DNA from: an uncultured Clostridia bacterium
GTDB taxonomy: Bacteria; Bacillota; Clostridia; Oscillospirales; CAG-272
Length of the DNA: 64,000 nucleotides
NCBI GenBank assembly: GCA_944391815.1
Contig: CALXUV010000028.1
Coordinates: forward strand, 44,240-108,239
Direction: 5' to 3'
In this document: positions 20,738-31,156 of the stretch, piece by piece
Layout: the number at the start of each line of letters is the position of its first letter
Position numbering within the stretch: the stretch's first letter is position 1
Made by a program: the position numbers and the translations under genes
Notes under the pieces: generated by a model
The model's input: only the letters and a program-made list of their open reading frames with translations
Told to the model about the DNA's origin: nothing
Database searches by the model: none

Positions 20738-21010
20738 ATGAAGGCTAACGGAAGATTTTTCGGTGTGATGTTTATATTCAATCTGATATGCGGAACTCTC
20801 GGCTTTTTGATACTTTGGGGAATCAGGGCACTGACAGACAATTCACCTGTCGGGATAGTCGTTTTCGGAGTAATAGCCGCTGTGTTTGCCGCTTATGTGA
20901 ACTTTTTCATCGTAAAAAAATCCAAACTTAAAACCTTGTATTTTTTGTACGGTACTTTTGTTAACTTGATTTTTCTGGCAGTGTTTACAGCATTGACAAT
21001 GATTTTCTGA
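20738..21010 (+). CDS. small two-helix membrane protein
   Basis: MKANGRFFGVMFIFNLICGTLGFL...; RBS AGGAAAGGA. Confidence 0.5.
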   Translation: MKANGRFFGVMFIFNLICGTLGFLILWGIRALTDNSPVGIVVFGVIAAVFAAYVNFFIVKKSKLKTLYFLYGTFVNLIFLAVFTALTMIF

Positions 21011-21142
21011 AATCTTTACTGCTTACATTGAGATCATTCTCATCATGAGGTAACTGATTTTAATAAGGTTTCCGGTTTTCATAACAATAGGGATCAGGAT
21101 TTCTTACGGAAAAATCGTTATTTACCATAAGTATATATAAAA

Positions 21143-21183
21143 ATCACCCGTCATCATTTCCGGATGGCGAGTGATTTTTTTGT
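21143..21183. terminator. bidirectional hairpin terminator (A-run / stem / T-run)
   Basis: atcacccgtcatc...gatggcgagtgat TTTTTTTG. Confidence 0.5.
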
Positions 21184-21337
21184 TTATTTGAAGAGTAAAA
21201 CGAGCGGATTTTCAGTTTTTCTCAGCCCGTTTTTAAGTGGACAGCTGATTTTGTCCACAGAGTGATGCCGAAAATTCCTGTTGCAAAACAAACGGTTTTC
21301 AATCAGATGTAAACCGCTGAAATTCGGTATGCTGAAT

Positions 21338-24300
21338 TTATTCTGAACGAAGGGCTTCAACGGGATCTTTATTTGCGGCAAGTTTTGAAGGAATAAGTCC
21401 CGCAATCAGAGTAAGCAGCATACTTATAACTACGAGAATGATTCCGCCGAGAACCGGCAATGCCGCAAGCCCCGAGATACCGGAAAAAATACTGATTATT
21501 ATTGAAATCGGAATGTTCAGAATAACTGTGACCATGATTCCGATAAATCCGGAAGCAAATCCGATTATCAGAGTTTCGGCGTTAAACACCCTTGAAATAT
21601 CACGTTTGGAAGCGCCCAGTGCACGCAGAATACCTATTTCCTTTGTGCGCTCAAGTACTGAAATATAGGTTATAATACCTATCATAATTGAAGACACTAC
21701 GAGTGAAATCGAAACAAATGCAATGAGTACATAAGTGATGGCGTTTATGATAGTTGTAACGCTTGACATTATAAGTCCGAAGTAATCGGTATAAGAAATC
21801 ACATCGGCTTCGTCTGTCTGAGCGGCATTATAATCTGCAATAATATCGGCAATCATCTCTTTTTCTTCGAAACTGCCGGCGTAAATTGAAATATAACTGG
21901 GGTCGCTTTTGTCAACAATTCCGATCATTTTGTAGTTTTCCTGCAGAGTAGTGGGAGATTCGACCGGAACGTATTCATCATAAAACTCTGACAGTCTGCT
22001 CTCGTATATTCCGCTTTCAATTGCCAGATCGAAAGCCTCAGCAAGCTTTTGATTCTTGCTTTCCTCGCTTTGAGAAGCGGCTTTTTGTGAAGCGTAAATG
22101 CTTTTTGCCTCGGTTGTGATCAGTGAATCGAAAATTTCAGATATCTTGTCACTGCTCATTCCGTTTACCTCTGAGGTAATTACATCGGTCGGAAGGTCGG
22201 TAATTTCGGAATAATATGAGATGATGTAAGATTTCTTAAAATCGTCATCGGTGAAAGCCGAAATAACAAGGTAATAGTTTACGCATGGTCCGGAAGATTT
22301 TCCGTAAGCTGAAAGGATGTTGTTAAGAAGTCCGAGAATTTCCGCGTCGGTCATTTCGTCAATGTCTATATTGAAATTTCCGCCCTCGGTACTTACCATT
22401 TGTGAAGCGATAATTCTTACAATTCCCGGGTTTATCTGATAGAGCATGTTGATAATAAGCGTGGATTTTTCCGCATCGAGTTCGGTTGCAGAAGGAGTAT
22501 TTATCACTGCGTCGACGTATTTTCCGGCTTCAGAGGAGAAATTTTCTCTGACGGTATTCAGGGCAAAATCATAAATATACTGATATAGCTGATCTCTGGT
22601 AAACGTTTCAAAATAAATGTTTGCGAGATCTTCGTTGCCTTCGCCTGCATACTCGATTACTATGCGCATCAGCTCTTCTCGTGTTGAATCGGGGGTTACG
22701 CCGATACCGCTGAGGTACAGCTCGGTTTGAGCTATAACATCATCCTCGTTCGGAGTAGTAAGGATTGACTTGTAAATTTCAGCCTTTTGGGATGTGCTTG
22801 CGGTGCTGAGATACGAGACAAAAGCACTGGCTTTCTGTTCATCGGAAAGAGTGCTGTCGTTTCCGGAGGAAAAGGGAAGTCCGGTAAAAACATCTTTCGT
22901 TGTATCGGCAAGCTGTTCTTTGACGATTTCCGAATTTCCGGTTTGCTCTATGAGGTAGTCGGTGAGAGCCGAAGTATAGATGAGCGTTCCGGAAAGTGCG
23001 CCTGATGTTGAATCCGGGTTTTGTTTGATAACTCCGACGACATTAAGTTCAAGACCGTTTGCGATAACTCCGCTGAGTTCTGTTTTTGTTCCGTCTTTAC
23101 GGAGATCGATCCACTGTCCGTCTTTCTTGATGTAGTAATCGCTTGACGGTATTATTTTATATTTTATGCCGAGCAGTTCGTCGTACGTATATGAGGTTTT
23201 AATATCAGTACTGATATCCTGACCGTTCATTGCTCCGATCGCAAGTGAGAGCATCTGATCCGAGCTTATAAGTCCGAGACTGTACAGGGATATATCGCTT
23301 ATCATGTTGTCTGATGAAACCAGAACGACGATTTCGTTTTTTGCGGTAGGCCATTTACCTGCGACAAGCTGATACTGCTGCTCGATCATTTCGTGCATGA
23401 GTTTGTCGGAACCTTCACTTGGCGGGAGCATTTCTTCCCAGACGTTATATCCTGCCATGCTTCCGGACATCAGGCTTGCGTTGCTGTCGCTGAGTCCCAT
23501 ACCGATTGCCATATTTTTGAAAAGCTCCTGAATATCAGACTTGTAGTAATTATTCTTTTCGTCGGATAGATAAGCATTTATTTCGACACCGTAACCGTAT
23601 CTGATGATCTGACTCAGATCTTTTATGTCGCTGTTGCCTTTTTCAATGAATTCCATGAATTTTTTCAGATTGTTTGTGTTCACCTGAGGATTTAACATGT
23701 TTTTCATCAGGTCATAAGACACAGTACTCATGTATACAGTGTCCGGCTGTGGATTTTCCGGTTTTTTTGATCCGCCCATAAAAGTCGAAATCAGTGCAGA
23801 AATGTCCGCTTCTTCTTTGTTAAGAACTATCGGGTATGATGAAAGCGTTTCTCTTTGGATACGGGCAATATACGCATTTATACCGTTTGAAAGAGAAAGT
23901 ATAAGAGCAATACCGATAATACCTATGCTTCCGGCAAATGAAGTCAGAATTGTTCTTGCTTTTTTGGTCATCAGGTTGTTGAGGGAAAGGGAAAGCGCAG
24001 TAAGGAAAGACATAGACGGCTTTCTTTTTTCTTTTTTGCTCACCGCAGTAACATCTTCACTTCTGCCCTGACTGATGATTTCCGAAACCTCTTTTTCCTC
24101 ATCTTCCTGTGAGAAAGGATTTGTATCTCCCACAATGTGACCGTCTTTGAGTCTGATTATGCGGTCGGAATACTTTTCGGCGAGTTCAGGGTTATGAGTA
24201 ACCATAATTATCAGCTTATCTTTGGAGATATCCTTAAGTATTTCCATAATCTGAACCGAAGTATCAGTGTCAAGAGCTCCCGTTGGTTCATCGGCAAGCA

Positions 24301-24787
24301 GGATTTCCGGATCATTGATAAGCGCACGTGCAATAGCTACACGTTGCATCTGACCGCCGGACATCTGACTGGGTTTTTTGTGAAGCTGATCACCGAGTCC
24401 GACTTTTCTGAGTACCTCTTCGGCTCTTTTTCTGCGTTCGGCTTTTGATATTCCGGAAAGCGTCAGAGAAAGCTCAACGTTTGACAGGACTGTCTGATGA
24501 GGAATCAGGTTATAGCTTTGAAAAACAAAACCGATGGAATGATTACGGTAGGCATCCCAGTCTGAGGCCTTGTATTTCACGGTAGAAACGCCCTTTATTC
24601 TGAGATCTCCTGAAGTATATCTGTCAAGACCGCCGATTATGTTCAGAAGAGTGGTTTTTCCGCAACCGGAGTGACCGAGCACAGAGACAAATTCGTTTTT
24701 TCTGAAACAGAGAGAAATATTGTCAAGGGCTTTGACAACAGTGTCGCCGCTTACGTATTCTTTTACAATATTGCTGAGAGTTAACAT
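21338..24787 (-). CDS. fused ABC ATPase / MacB-FtsX-type permease with about 650-aa extracytoplasmic domain (1149 aa)
   Basis: Walker A GHSGCGKTT, LSGGQ-type signature MSGGQMQRVAIARAL, Walker B LLADEPTGALD, then TM, large ectodomain, C-terminal FtsX 3-TM bundle. Confidence 0.85.
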   Translation of the reverse strand: MLTLSNIVKEYVSGDTVVKALDNISLCFRKNEFVSVLGHSGCGKTTLLNIIGGLDRYTSGDLRIKGVSTVKYKASDWDAYRNHSIGFVFQSYNLIPHQTVLSNVELSLTLSGISKAERRKRAEEVLRKVGLGDQLHKKPSQMSGGQMQRVAIARALINDPEILLADEPTGALDTDTSVQIMEILKDISKDKLIIMVTHNPELAEKYSDRIIRLKDGHIVGDTNPFSQEDEEKEVSEIISQGRSEDVTAVSKKEKRKPSMSFLTALSLSLNNLMTKKARTILTSFAGSIGIIGIALILSLSNGINAYIARIQRETLSSYPIVLNKEEADISALISTFMGGSKKPENPQPDTVYMSTVSYDLMKNMLNPQVNTNNLKKFMEFIEKGNSDIKDLSQIIRYGYGVEINAYLSDEKNNYYKSDIQELFKNMAIGMGLSDSNASLMSGSMAGYNVWEEMLPPSEGSDKLMHEMIEQQYQLVAGKWPTAKNEIVVLVSSDNMISDISLYSLGLISSDQMLSLAIGAMNGQDISTDIKTSYTYDELLGIKYKIIPSSDYYIKKDGQWIDLRKDGTKTELSGVIANGLELNVVGVIKQNPDSTSGALSGTLIYTSALTDYLIEQTGNSEIVKEQLADTTKDVFTGLPFSSGNDSTLSDEQKASAFVSYLSTASTSQKAEIYKSILTTPNEDDVIAQTELYLSGIGVTPDSTREELMRIVIEYAGEGNEDLANIYFETFTRDQLYQYIYDFALNTVRENFSSEAGKYVDAVINTPSATELDAEKSTLIINMLYQINPGIVRIIASQMVSTEGGNFNIDIDEMTDAEILGLLNNILSAYGKSSGPCVNYYLVISAFTDDDFKKSYIISYYSEITDLPTDVITSEVNGMSSDKISEIFDSLITTEAKSIYASQKAASQSEESKNQKLAEAFDLAIESGIYESRLSEFYDEYVPVESPTTLQENYKMIGIVDKSDPSYISIYAGSFEEKEMIADIIADYNAAQTDEADVISYTDYFGLIMSSVTTIINAITYVLIAFVSISLVVSSIMIGIITYISVLERTKEIGILRALGASKRDISRVFNAETLIIGFASGFIGIMVTVILNIPISIIISIFSGISGLAALPVLGGIILVVISMLLTLIAGLIPSKLAANKDPVEALRSE

Positions 24788-24950
24788 ATTTGATCCTTTC
24801 GTATGGAGCTTGGCATATATTTACAAACACCATTTGAGTATACCACAATAATTTTAATATGAAAAAAATATTATAGAACAATGCGTAAACTTTTTTTATC
24901 AAATATATAATTTTCCGGAAATATAAAAACTCCGTAAAAGCCGGAAGCGT

Positions 24951-25244
24951 TTAATTTGCAGCTTTTTTTGCATTTTTTATATCTTCGATGATAAGTTTGA
25001 TGTGTGCGGTTTCGGTTTCAGAAAGACCGTTTACGTCAATTGTCCGGGAACAGTCAAATTCGAGCAGATAATCGCAGGAAACCTTGAAAAATCCGGCTAT
25101 TTTTACAAGCATTTCAATTGAAGGCTGAACGTTGTCGTTTTCCCAATTTGAAACACACTGTTTGCTGACGCCAAGCTCACTTGCAAGTTTTACCTGGCTT
25201 ATCCCGTATGAAATTCTCAGTTTTTTTATCATTTCGCAAAGCAT
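24951..25244 (-). CDS. XRE-family helix-turn-helix regulator
   Basis: ISQVKLASELGVSKQCVSNWEND HTH; AAAGGGG RBS before MLCEM start. Confidence 0.75.
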   Translation of the reverse strand: MLCEMIKKLRISYGISQVKLASELGVSKQCVSNWENDNVQPSIEMLVKIAGFFKVSCDYLLEFDCSRTIDVNGLSETETAHIKLIIEDIKNAKKAAN

Positions 25245-25296
25245 TACCGTTACCCCTTTAAAAGACAATTTTTACTATATTATTGTAACAATTTAC

Positions 25297-25325
25297 TTGA
25301 CATAGTAAAAATACTATGGTATACT
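25297..25325 (+). promoter_or_regulatory. sigma-70 promoter (TTGACA-17-TATACT) for TM2/DUF2752 pair
   Basis: ttgacatagtaaaaatactatggtatact. Confidence 0.4.
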
Positions 25326-25375
25326 TATTATTGACTGAAGTTATCTTTATAACCGGAAAAAGGAGAGTAGTTTAA

Positions 25376-25711
25376 ATGCAACAACAGATGGTATATGCGT
25401 TCTTAAATGAAAATTTCAAAAAATTTCCCAAGAATAAATTGCAGGTTATTGAACAAAAACTTTACATGCTGCCTGATGATAAATACGAAGTTCTACGTTC
25501 GGTAAAACTACTTAAACCGGGACATGTAACCTTATTTTCCGTTTTTTTGGGAATGTTCGGCGTTGACAGATTTGTTTTAGGGGATATCGGGCTCGGTGTA
25601 CTTAAACTGATTACTCACGGATTTTGCGGAATACTGTACATAATCGACTGGTTTTTGGTCTCCAAAGCAGCAAAAGAAAAAAATTTCAGAGAAATAATGT
25701 TGATAAATTAA
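25376..25711 (+). CDS. TM2-domain membrane protein
   Basis: GVDRFVLGDIGLGVLKL motif. Confidence 0.65.
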   Translation: MQQQMVYAFLNENFKKFPKNKLQVIEQKLYMLPDDKYEVLRSVKLLKPGHVTLFSVFLGMFGVDRFVLGDIGLGVLKLITHGFCGILYIIDWFLVSKAAKEKNFREIMLIN

Positions 25712-26056
25712 ATGAAAAAATATATTGTTCCGGTAGCAGCCCACGCTTTGTTTATTACGTTTGCCTTGACGGTACTGTTTTTTGGTTTCTGGGAATGCCC
25801 GTTTTTGAAACTGACAGGATTACCTTGCCCCACATGCGGAGTTTTGCGTGCTTTGAAAAGCCTTTTAATCGGGGACGTTTACGGATATTTTGAATATAAT
25901 TTCTTTGCGATTCCGCTTGTATTTACATTTCTTGCAGCCGTTCACTATGGTAAATTCAGGAAAAAGAAAATACCGAGGTTATTAATTGTGCTGACGGCAA
26001 CAGCGAATTTTGTTTTTTATTCGACAAGAATTTTTGTTGCTTTCGATATTTGGTGA
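25712..26056 (+). CDS. DUF2752-like membrane protein
   Basis: CPTCGVLRAL motif; stop/start abutting previous gene. Confidence 0.6.
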   Translation: MKKYIVPVAAHALFITFALTVLFFGFWECPFLKLTGLPCPTCGVLRALKSLLIGDVYGYFEYNFFAIPLVFTFLAAVHYGKFRKKKIPRLLIVLTATANFVFYSTRIFVAFDIW

Positions 26057-26184
26057 TAGAAACCTGACGGGGTTGTTATTAATCCATAAAAACATATATC
26101 CGGTTTGATAAGAATTCTGATAACACTTTAAATTAATAAGTAATGCCGTTTTTGCTGTACGTCTGCGCAGCAAGTCAGGAAAAA

Positions 26185-26240
26185 TAAATAAAAAATCGGT
26201 AAAGCCTGCTTAAAGCAAAAACTTTACCGGTTTTTTATGT
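26185..26240. terminator. bidirectional terminator after serA
   Basis: tcggtaaag...ctttaccgg flanked by A and T runs. Confidence 0.6.
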
Positions 26241-26283
26241 TTTTAAAATTGTAAGCAATAGTTAAAATTTCTGAAGATCAAAT

Positions 26284-27420
26284 TCAGAGAACAATAACTC
26301 TTATTACTCCGTTTACTGCTTTGATTTTTTCTGCGTCAACATCACCCGTAACATCGTAAACCGCATAAACGTAATCGCCCTTTGTTGCGCTACCCGACGC
26401 TGCTACACCGCTTACCGCTTTGGTTATTTCAGCTACGTCAGCGTTTTTGGCGAGAACGCAAACTCTTTTGTCAGTTGTTCTCGGCATTTTGAAATTAGGA
26501 TAGTTAACAGAATTTACAATGTTTCCGTTTTCAAGGTAGTCGATGGTCTGATTTGCCGCCATGACAGCACAGTTATCCTCTGATTCTTCCGTTGAAGCTC
26601 CGAGGTGAGGTACTGCGATAATTTTATCGCTTGCTCCGATGATTCCGACAGTGGGGAAGTCAACAACATATTTGGCAACCTTTCCGTTTTCAATAGCGGC
26701 TATCATTTCGCTCTCAATCACAAGATCCGCTCTTGAGAAGTTGAGAACTTTCACACCATCTTTCATAGAAGCAAGAGTTGCGGCGTTTATCATACCTTTT
26801 GTCTGAGGAGTTGCGGGAACATGAAGGGTTATGTAATCAGCACTGCGATAAATTTCATCGTAGCTTGAAGCTATCTTGACTTCCGGTGAAAGCATTTTTG
26901 CGGCGGCTTCCGAAAGATAAGGATCGCATCCTATTACCGTCATTCCGAGCGAACAAGCAACGTTTGCAACCAGTCTTCCGATAGCGCCGAGTCCGATTAC
27001 GCCGAGGGTTTTACCCATTATCTCGCATCCGGCAAACTGAGCTTTTCCTTTTTCCACTTTTTTTGCCGCTTCCTCGTCGCCTTTAAGTGTTTTTACCCAC
27101 TCAACTCCGCCGATTATATCTCTGGAAGCGAGGAGCAGGGCAGCAATCACTATCTCTTTTACGCCGTTGGCGTTAGCTCCGGGGGTATTGAAAACTACTA
27201 TTCCGCTGTCAGCGCATCTGTCAAGCGGAATATTGTTAACACCGGCTCCCGCTCTTGCAATGCTTTTAAGAGAAGCGGGGAAAGCAGTTTCGTGAAGCAC
27301 CGCAGAACGAACCAGTATAGCATCTGCGTTTTCGACGTTTTCACCTACGGTGTATTTTGCGGCGTCGAATTTATCGGTGCCGACTTTGGCTATTTTGTTC
27401 ATTAACTGTATGTTATACAT
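26284..27420 (-). CDS. serA: D-3-phosphoglycerate dehydrogenase
   Basis: 2-hydroxyacid DH NAD fold GLGAIGRLVA plus C-terminal regulatory domain; follows serC. Confidence 0.88.
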   Translation of the reverse strand: MYNIQLMNKIAKVGTDKFDAAKYTVGENVENADAILVRSAVLHETAFPASLKSIARAGAGVNNIPLDRCADSGIVVFNTPGANANGVKEIVIAALLLASRDIIGGVEWVKTLKGDEEAAKKVEKGKAQFAGCEIMGKTLGVIGLGAIGRLVANVACSLGMTVIGCDPYLSEAAAKMLSPEVKIASSYDEIYRSADYITLHVPATPQTKGMINAATLASMKDGVKVLNFSRADLVIESEMIAAIENGKVAKYVVDFPTVGIIGASDKIIAVPHLGASTEESEDNCAVMAANQTIDYLENGNIVNSVNYPNFKMPRTTDKRVCVLAKNADVAEITKAVSGVAASGSATKGDYVYAVYDVTGDVDAEKIKAVNGVIRVIVL

Positions 27421-27441
27421 AAATGCCTCCGTAACTTAAAC

Positions 27442-28533
27442 TCAGTTTTTGGGATTGTTCTTTGCGAATTCTTTCATGAACTCAACAAGTTTTACCACGC
27501 CTTCATAAGGCATCGCGTTATAAATAGAAGCTCTCATTCCTCCGACACTTCTGTGACCTTTGAGGTTTACGAGACCTGCCTTTGCGGCTTCGGACGGGAA
27601 TTTCTTATCGAGTTCATCGACACCGGTAACGAATGTTACGTTCATCATAGAACGGCAATCTTTGATTACGGGTGCGATGTAATAATCCTGGCTGTCAAGA
27701 TAATCGTAAAGATATGCGGCTTTTTTTACGTTCATTTCTTTCATCTTTTCAAGTCCGCCGAGTCCCAGAATCCACTGATACACAAGTCCTGCCATGTAAA
27801 TTGAATAGCAGGGAGGAGTATTGTACATTGAACCGTTTTCAGCCATAAGCTTCCAGTCGAGCATTGAAGGCATATCAGGCTTACCGTATTCAAGAAGGTC
27901 TTCTCTCACTATTACGAGTGTGACACCGGCAGGAGCCATGTTTTTCTGAGCACCGGCATAGATTACGCCGAATTTGCTTACGTCGACCGGCTCGGATATT
28001 ATGCAGGAAGACATGTCGGCAACCAGCGGGATATCACCTGTATCAGGTATGTAGTTGTATTTGGTACCGTAGATGGTGTTGTTGAAGCAGATATGAACAT
28101 AGGAAGCGTCAGGAGAAATCATATCCTTTGTAACAACGGGGATACGGTCGAAATTCGTGTCCTTTGACGTAGCTATGCATTTGACGTCAAAGCCGAGACG
28201 CTGAGCCTCTTTGAAAGCTTTGCCTGAGAACTGACCGGAAACGACATAATCGGCTTTTCCGGTTCTTCCGATGAGGTTAAGCGGTACAGCCGCAAACTGT
28301 GTTGACGCACCTCCCTGTAAAAACAGCACTTTGTAGTTATCCGGTATAGCCATAAGCTCGCGGATTGATTTTTCGGCTGACTGAATAATTCCCTCGTATA
28401 CGGATGAGCGATGACTCATCTCCATAACCGACATGCCGCTTCCGTTATAATCCATCATTTCGGAAGCTGCTTTTTCAAGTACCGGAACAGGAAGCATAGA
28501 GGGTCCTGCCGAAAAGTTAAAAACTCTGCTCAT
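27442..28533 (-). CDS. serC: phosphoserine aminotransferase
   Basis: MSRVFNFSAGPSMLP... class V aminotransferase. Confidence 0.92.
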   Translation of the reverse strand: MSRVFNFSAGPSMLPVPVLEKAASEMMDYNGSGMSVMEMSHRSSVYEGIIQSAEKSIRELMAIPDNYKVLFLQGGASTQFAAVPLNLIGRTGKADYVVSGQFSGKAFKEAQRLGFDVKCIATSKDTNFDRIPVVTKDMISPDASYVHICFNNTIYGTKYNYIPDTGDIPLVADMSSCIISEPVDVSKFGVIYAGAQKNMAPAGVTLVIVREDLLEYGKPDMPSMLDWKLMAENGSMYNTPPCYSIYMAGLVYQWILGLGGLEKMKEMNVKKAAYLYDYLDSQDYYIAPVIKDCRSMMNVTFVTGVDELDKKFPSEAAKAGLVNLKGHRSVGGMRASIYNAMPYEGVVKLVEFMKEFAKNNPKN

Positions 28534-28764
28534 TTTTTACCAACCTTTCTGCGTCAAACGCTTGCTTATAATTAACGGAAGCCCCGCTCTGAGCGGCGCG
28601 GGTCAGAATTTCCGTACGTGCGTAACACACATATAACGTTATTATAAACCTTTTGGTTTTATTCGTCAAGTGTTTTTTGCAAATTTATTCGGCTAAATTA
28701 AGCTCCGGTCAACAAGCCGATCCAAGGAAAAGTAATACGGGCGTTATTGTTAACGGTTTCTGAC

Positions 28765-28793
28765 TTGAAAAAACGACTTTTCTCTGATATACT
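28765..28793 (+). promoter_or_regulatory. sigma-70-like promoter (TTGAAA-17-TATACT) at head of long WYL-gene leader
   Basis: ttgaaaaaacgacttttctctgatatact. Confidence 0.4.
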
Positions 28794-29165
28794 GAATTTA
28801 TGAAAAGATCTTTTTAACAACAAACAGATGTTGGAAAATCCTGATTAATACACCGACGTTAAGTAGCTGTACTTTTGCGGGAAGAATGGGAAAACCAATT
28901 AATCGTGCTAATATATACCTGAAGGTCAGAATGGCTTTAAATAGCTGAAATCCTGAATGTAAACAAAAAGGACTAGTTGATGGACATCTGAAAAGTTATT
29001 ATAATGTTGAATAAGTTAAAACCTGAACTTCACGTAAACACAGAGGAAACTACTTATATCTGAAAAGTCTGACGTGTTTTACAAACAATAGAAATCTGAA
29101 CGTCAAATATATATACCGGAGAACCGGTAACTGAATTCTGATAACAACGAAACTGTTTCGGAGGA
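28790..29165 (+). repeat. array of about 10 degenerate ~37-bp periods each beginning (A/T)NCTGAA
   Basis: CTGA occurs about 13 times in 380 bp versus an expected 1.5; phasing 36-39 bp. Confidence 0.6.
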
Positions 29166-29170
29166 AAAAT

Positions 29171-30256
29171 ATGGAAGAAAAAAAGCCGGCTGTACTTATG
29201 GTGCTTGATACACTTATAAAGTATTCTTCACATACAAAAAGGCTGACTCAGAGTGAAATTATTGAGCTGATCAGTAAGGACTGCGGAAATGCGCCTGACA
29301 GAAAAACAGTCAGAAATGCTCTGGAATTACTTGCGGAAAGCAGACTTAAGATCGGGTATACAGAAACAGACCACGCCGGCAAGAAAATAAAAAGTCAGTG
29401 GTACTACAAAGGGAAAGTGAGTCCGGAAAGTGCGCTGATAATTGCCGGGGCTTTGCTTTGCGGCAACAGCCCTGACTTGCAGGACGCAGAAAGAATTCTG
29501 GGTGAGCTCGGTTTTGACTTAAACGAAATATCGGAATGGACTGAACTTTTTTCCCGTGATGAAATAACCGAAGAAATAAATGTGGCTGCTGCCGGAAATA
29601 TATCAGTTATCGCCAAGGCGTGCGCAGATAACAAAATGATAAGATTTTCCGTTCTTGATTACCGCACCCCATCTGGAGAGCGTCGTTTTCTGACCGATTC
29701 TTCCGGCAGTGTTTTGCGATATCTCGTAAAGCCTTTAAAAATCGTCAGCAGACGTAACCGGCTTTGTTTGCTGAGTGAAATCGGCGACAGCGGATACATA
29801 CGATACTTTCCTCTCGATAAAATATCAAGTCCGGAAATAACCGGAATTGACAATCGAAAACAAAATAATATGTATCGCAAAAATGAGGAAATCAGGGAAA
29901 CACATAAACGGGAAAAGATAGTCATTTTGGTCGATTCGTCGGTTACGGGTGAGGTCTTTGACTGTTTCGGAACGCAAAATACAGAACTGTTATGCAAATA
30001 CGGCGAAAAAAGCGAGCTTGTAGTCAGGGCTGAGTTTAAAGAAGTTTTGACTTTTGTTCTCGGAAAGGGAAGCGTAGCAGAGCTTATTTCTCCGACAAAA
30101 TACAGAAGACTTGCGGCAAGGGAATTAAAAAAAGCGTACGGAAAATATCTTACGGGCAAAAAGTACACGGGGTATCTGTCATCATTTTTTGTCGTCGGGA
30201 TATTTTCCGGAATATTCTGTCGGGCTGCATCCGAAATGATTTCTGAAGGCTCTTGA
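29171..30256 (+). CDS. HTH-WYL-domain transcriptional regulator
   Basis: N-terminal wHTH; WYL core NRLCLLSEIGDSGYIRYFPLDKI (FRLDRI-like); 3' end overlaps convergent araC-type gene. Confidence 0.6.
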   Translation: MEEKKPAVLMVLDTLIKYSSHTKRLTQSEIIELISKDCGNAPDRKTVRNALELLAESRLKIGYTETDHAGKKIKSQWYYKGKVSPESALIIAGALLCGNSPDLQDAERILGELGFDLNEISEWTELFSRDEITEEINVAAAGNISVIAKACADNKMIRFSVLDYRTPSGERRFLTDSSGSVLRYLVKPLKIVSRRNRLCLLSEIGDSGYIRYFPLDKISSPEITGIDNRKQNNMYRKNEEIRETHKREKIVILVDSSVTGEVFDCFGTQNTELLCKYGEKSELVVRAEFKEVLTFVLGKGSVAELISPTKYRRLAARELKKAYGKYLTGKKYTGYLSSFFVVGIFSGIFCRAASEMISEGS

Positions 30257-30988
30257 AAATGAAAATACGTCAGGATAACCCACTGAATTTGCCGTTACCG
30301 TGACATCGCATTTATGCTTTATAAGCAGTTCGGCTGCCCTTTGCATACGAAAGTCGGAAAGATACTTTCCGGGAGATTTTCCGGTGGATCTCCGGAACAG
30401 TTCGCTGAAATAGCTGCGGTTGAGATGGAGCTTTTCTGAAATTCCGTTCACAGTCAGTCCGTTCTGATACTCCGAGTTTATAACGGCAATCGCTTTTTCC
30501 ACGTAGTTATTTTCGTCTGAAATGTCCGAAGGCTTTTCCATAAGGAGCCCGAGAATCTGCCAGATCACGCCTGTCAGATAATATTCATATCCGCCGACCG
30601 ACATATCAGTCTTGTTTTCGTAAAATGCGTCCAAAAACTGTTTTCTGCAATTGCTTTTTTTTACGATATCCGAGCTTGTCAGTTTTTCAGGCAAAGAAAT
30701 TTCCGTTCTGAACCCTATCCAGATGTATTCCCACGGGTCTTCAGCGCTTGCCTCGTAATAAGTAATTTCATAAGGACGTATAACGAAAATATCATCCTCT
30801 GAAAGCTGGAAAGTGCCTCTTTTGGTTGAGAAAAAACCGCTACCTGAAACAACAAAATGCAAAAGCCAGTAGTCGCGTATGGCAGGTCCGTAAGCATGAG
30901 AAGGAATGCACTTCTGATAGCCGCAAATGACCGGACTGATAGGTTTTAACCGGTTTTTCAACACTGTTCTGTTATACATTTCATTCAT
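30182..30988 (-). CDS. AraC-family transcriptional regulator (cupin sensor + HTH)
   Basis: C-terminal AraC HTH; divergent from GH4 gene. Confidence 0.85.
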   Translation of the reverse strand: MNEMYNRTVLKNRLKPISPVICGYQKCIPSHAYGPAIRDYWLLHFVVSGSGFFSTKRGTFQLSEDDIFVIRPYEITYYEASAEDPWEYIWIGFRTEISLPEKLTSSDIVKKSNCRKQFLDAFYENKTDMSVGGYEYYLTGVIWQILGLLMEKPSDISDENNYVEKAIAVINSEYQNGLTVNGISEKLHLNRSYFSELFRRSTGKSPGKYLSDFRMQRAAELLIKHKCDVTVTANSVGYPDVFSFSRAFRNHFGCSPTEYSGKYPDDKK

Positions 30989-31156
30989 AAAAAACTCCTT
31001 TAAGCGGAATATCGGCAAACAGTATTTTAAAACAATATACAACAAATTGCAATTGTTATTTGTAAAATTTTCTGATATATTTTAAACATGAGCCTGTAGG
31101 GCTTTGCATAAACCGAAAACAAATAAATCACCATAAGTCAAGAAAGGAAACAAAAC

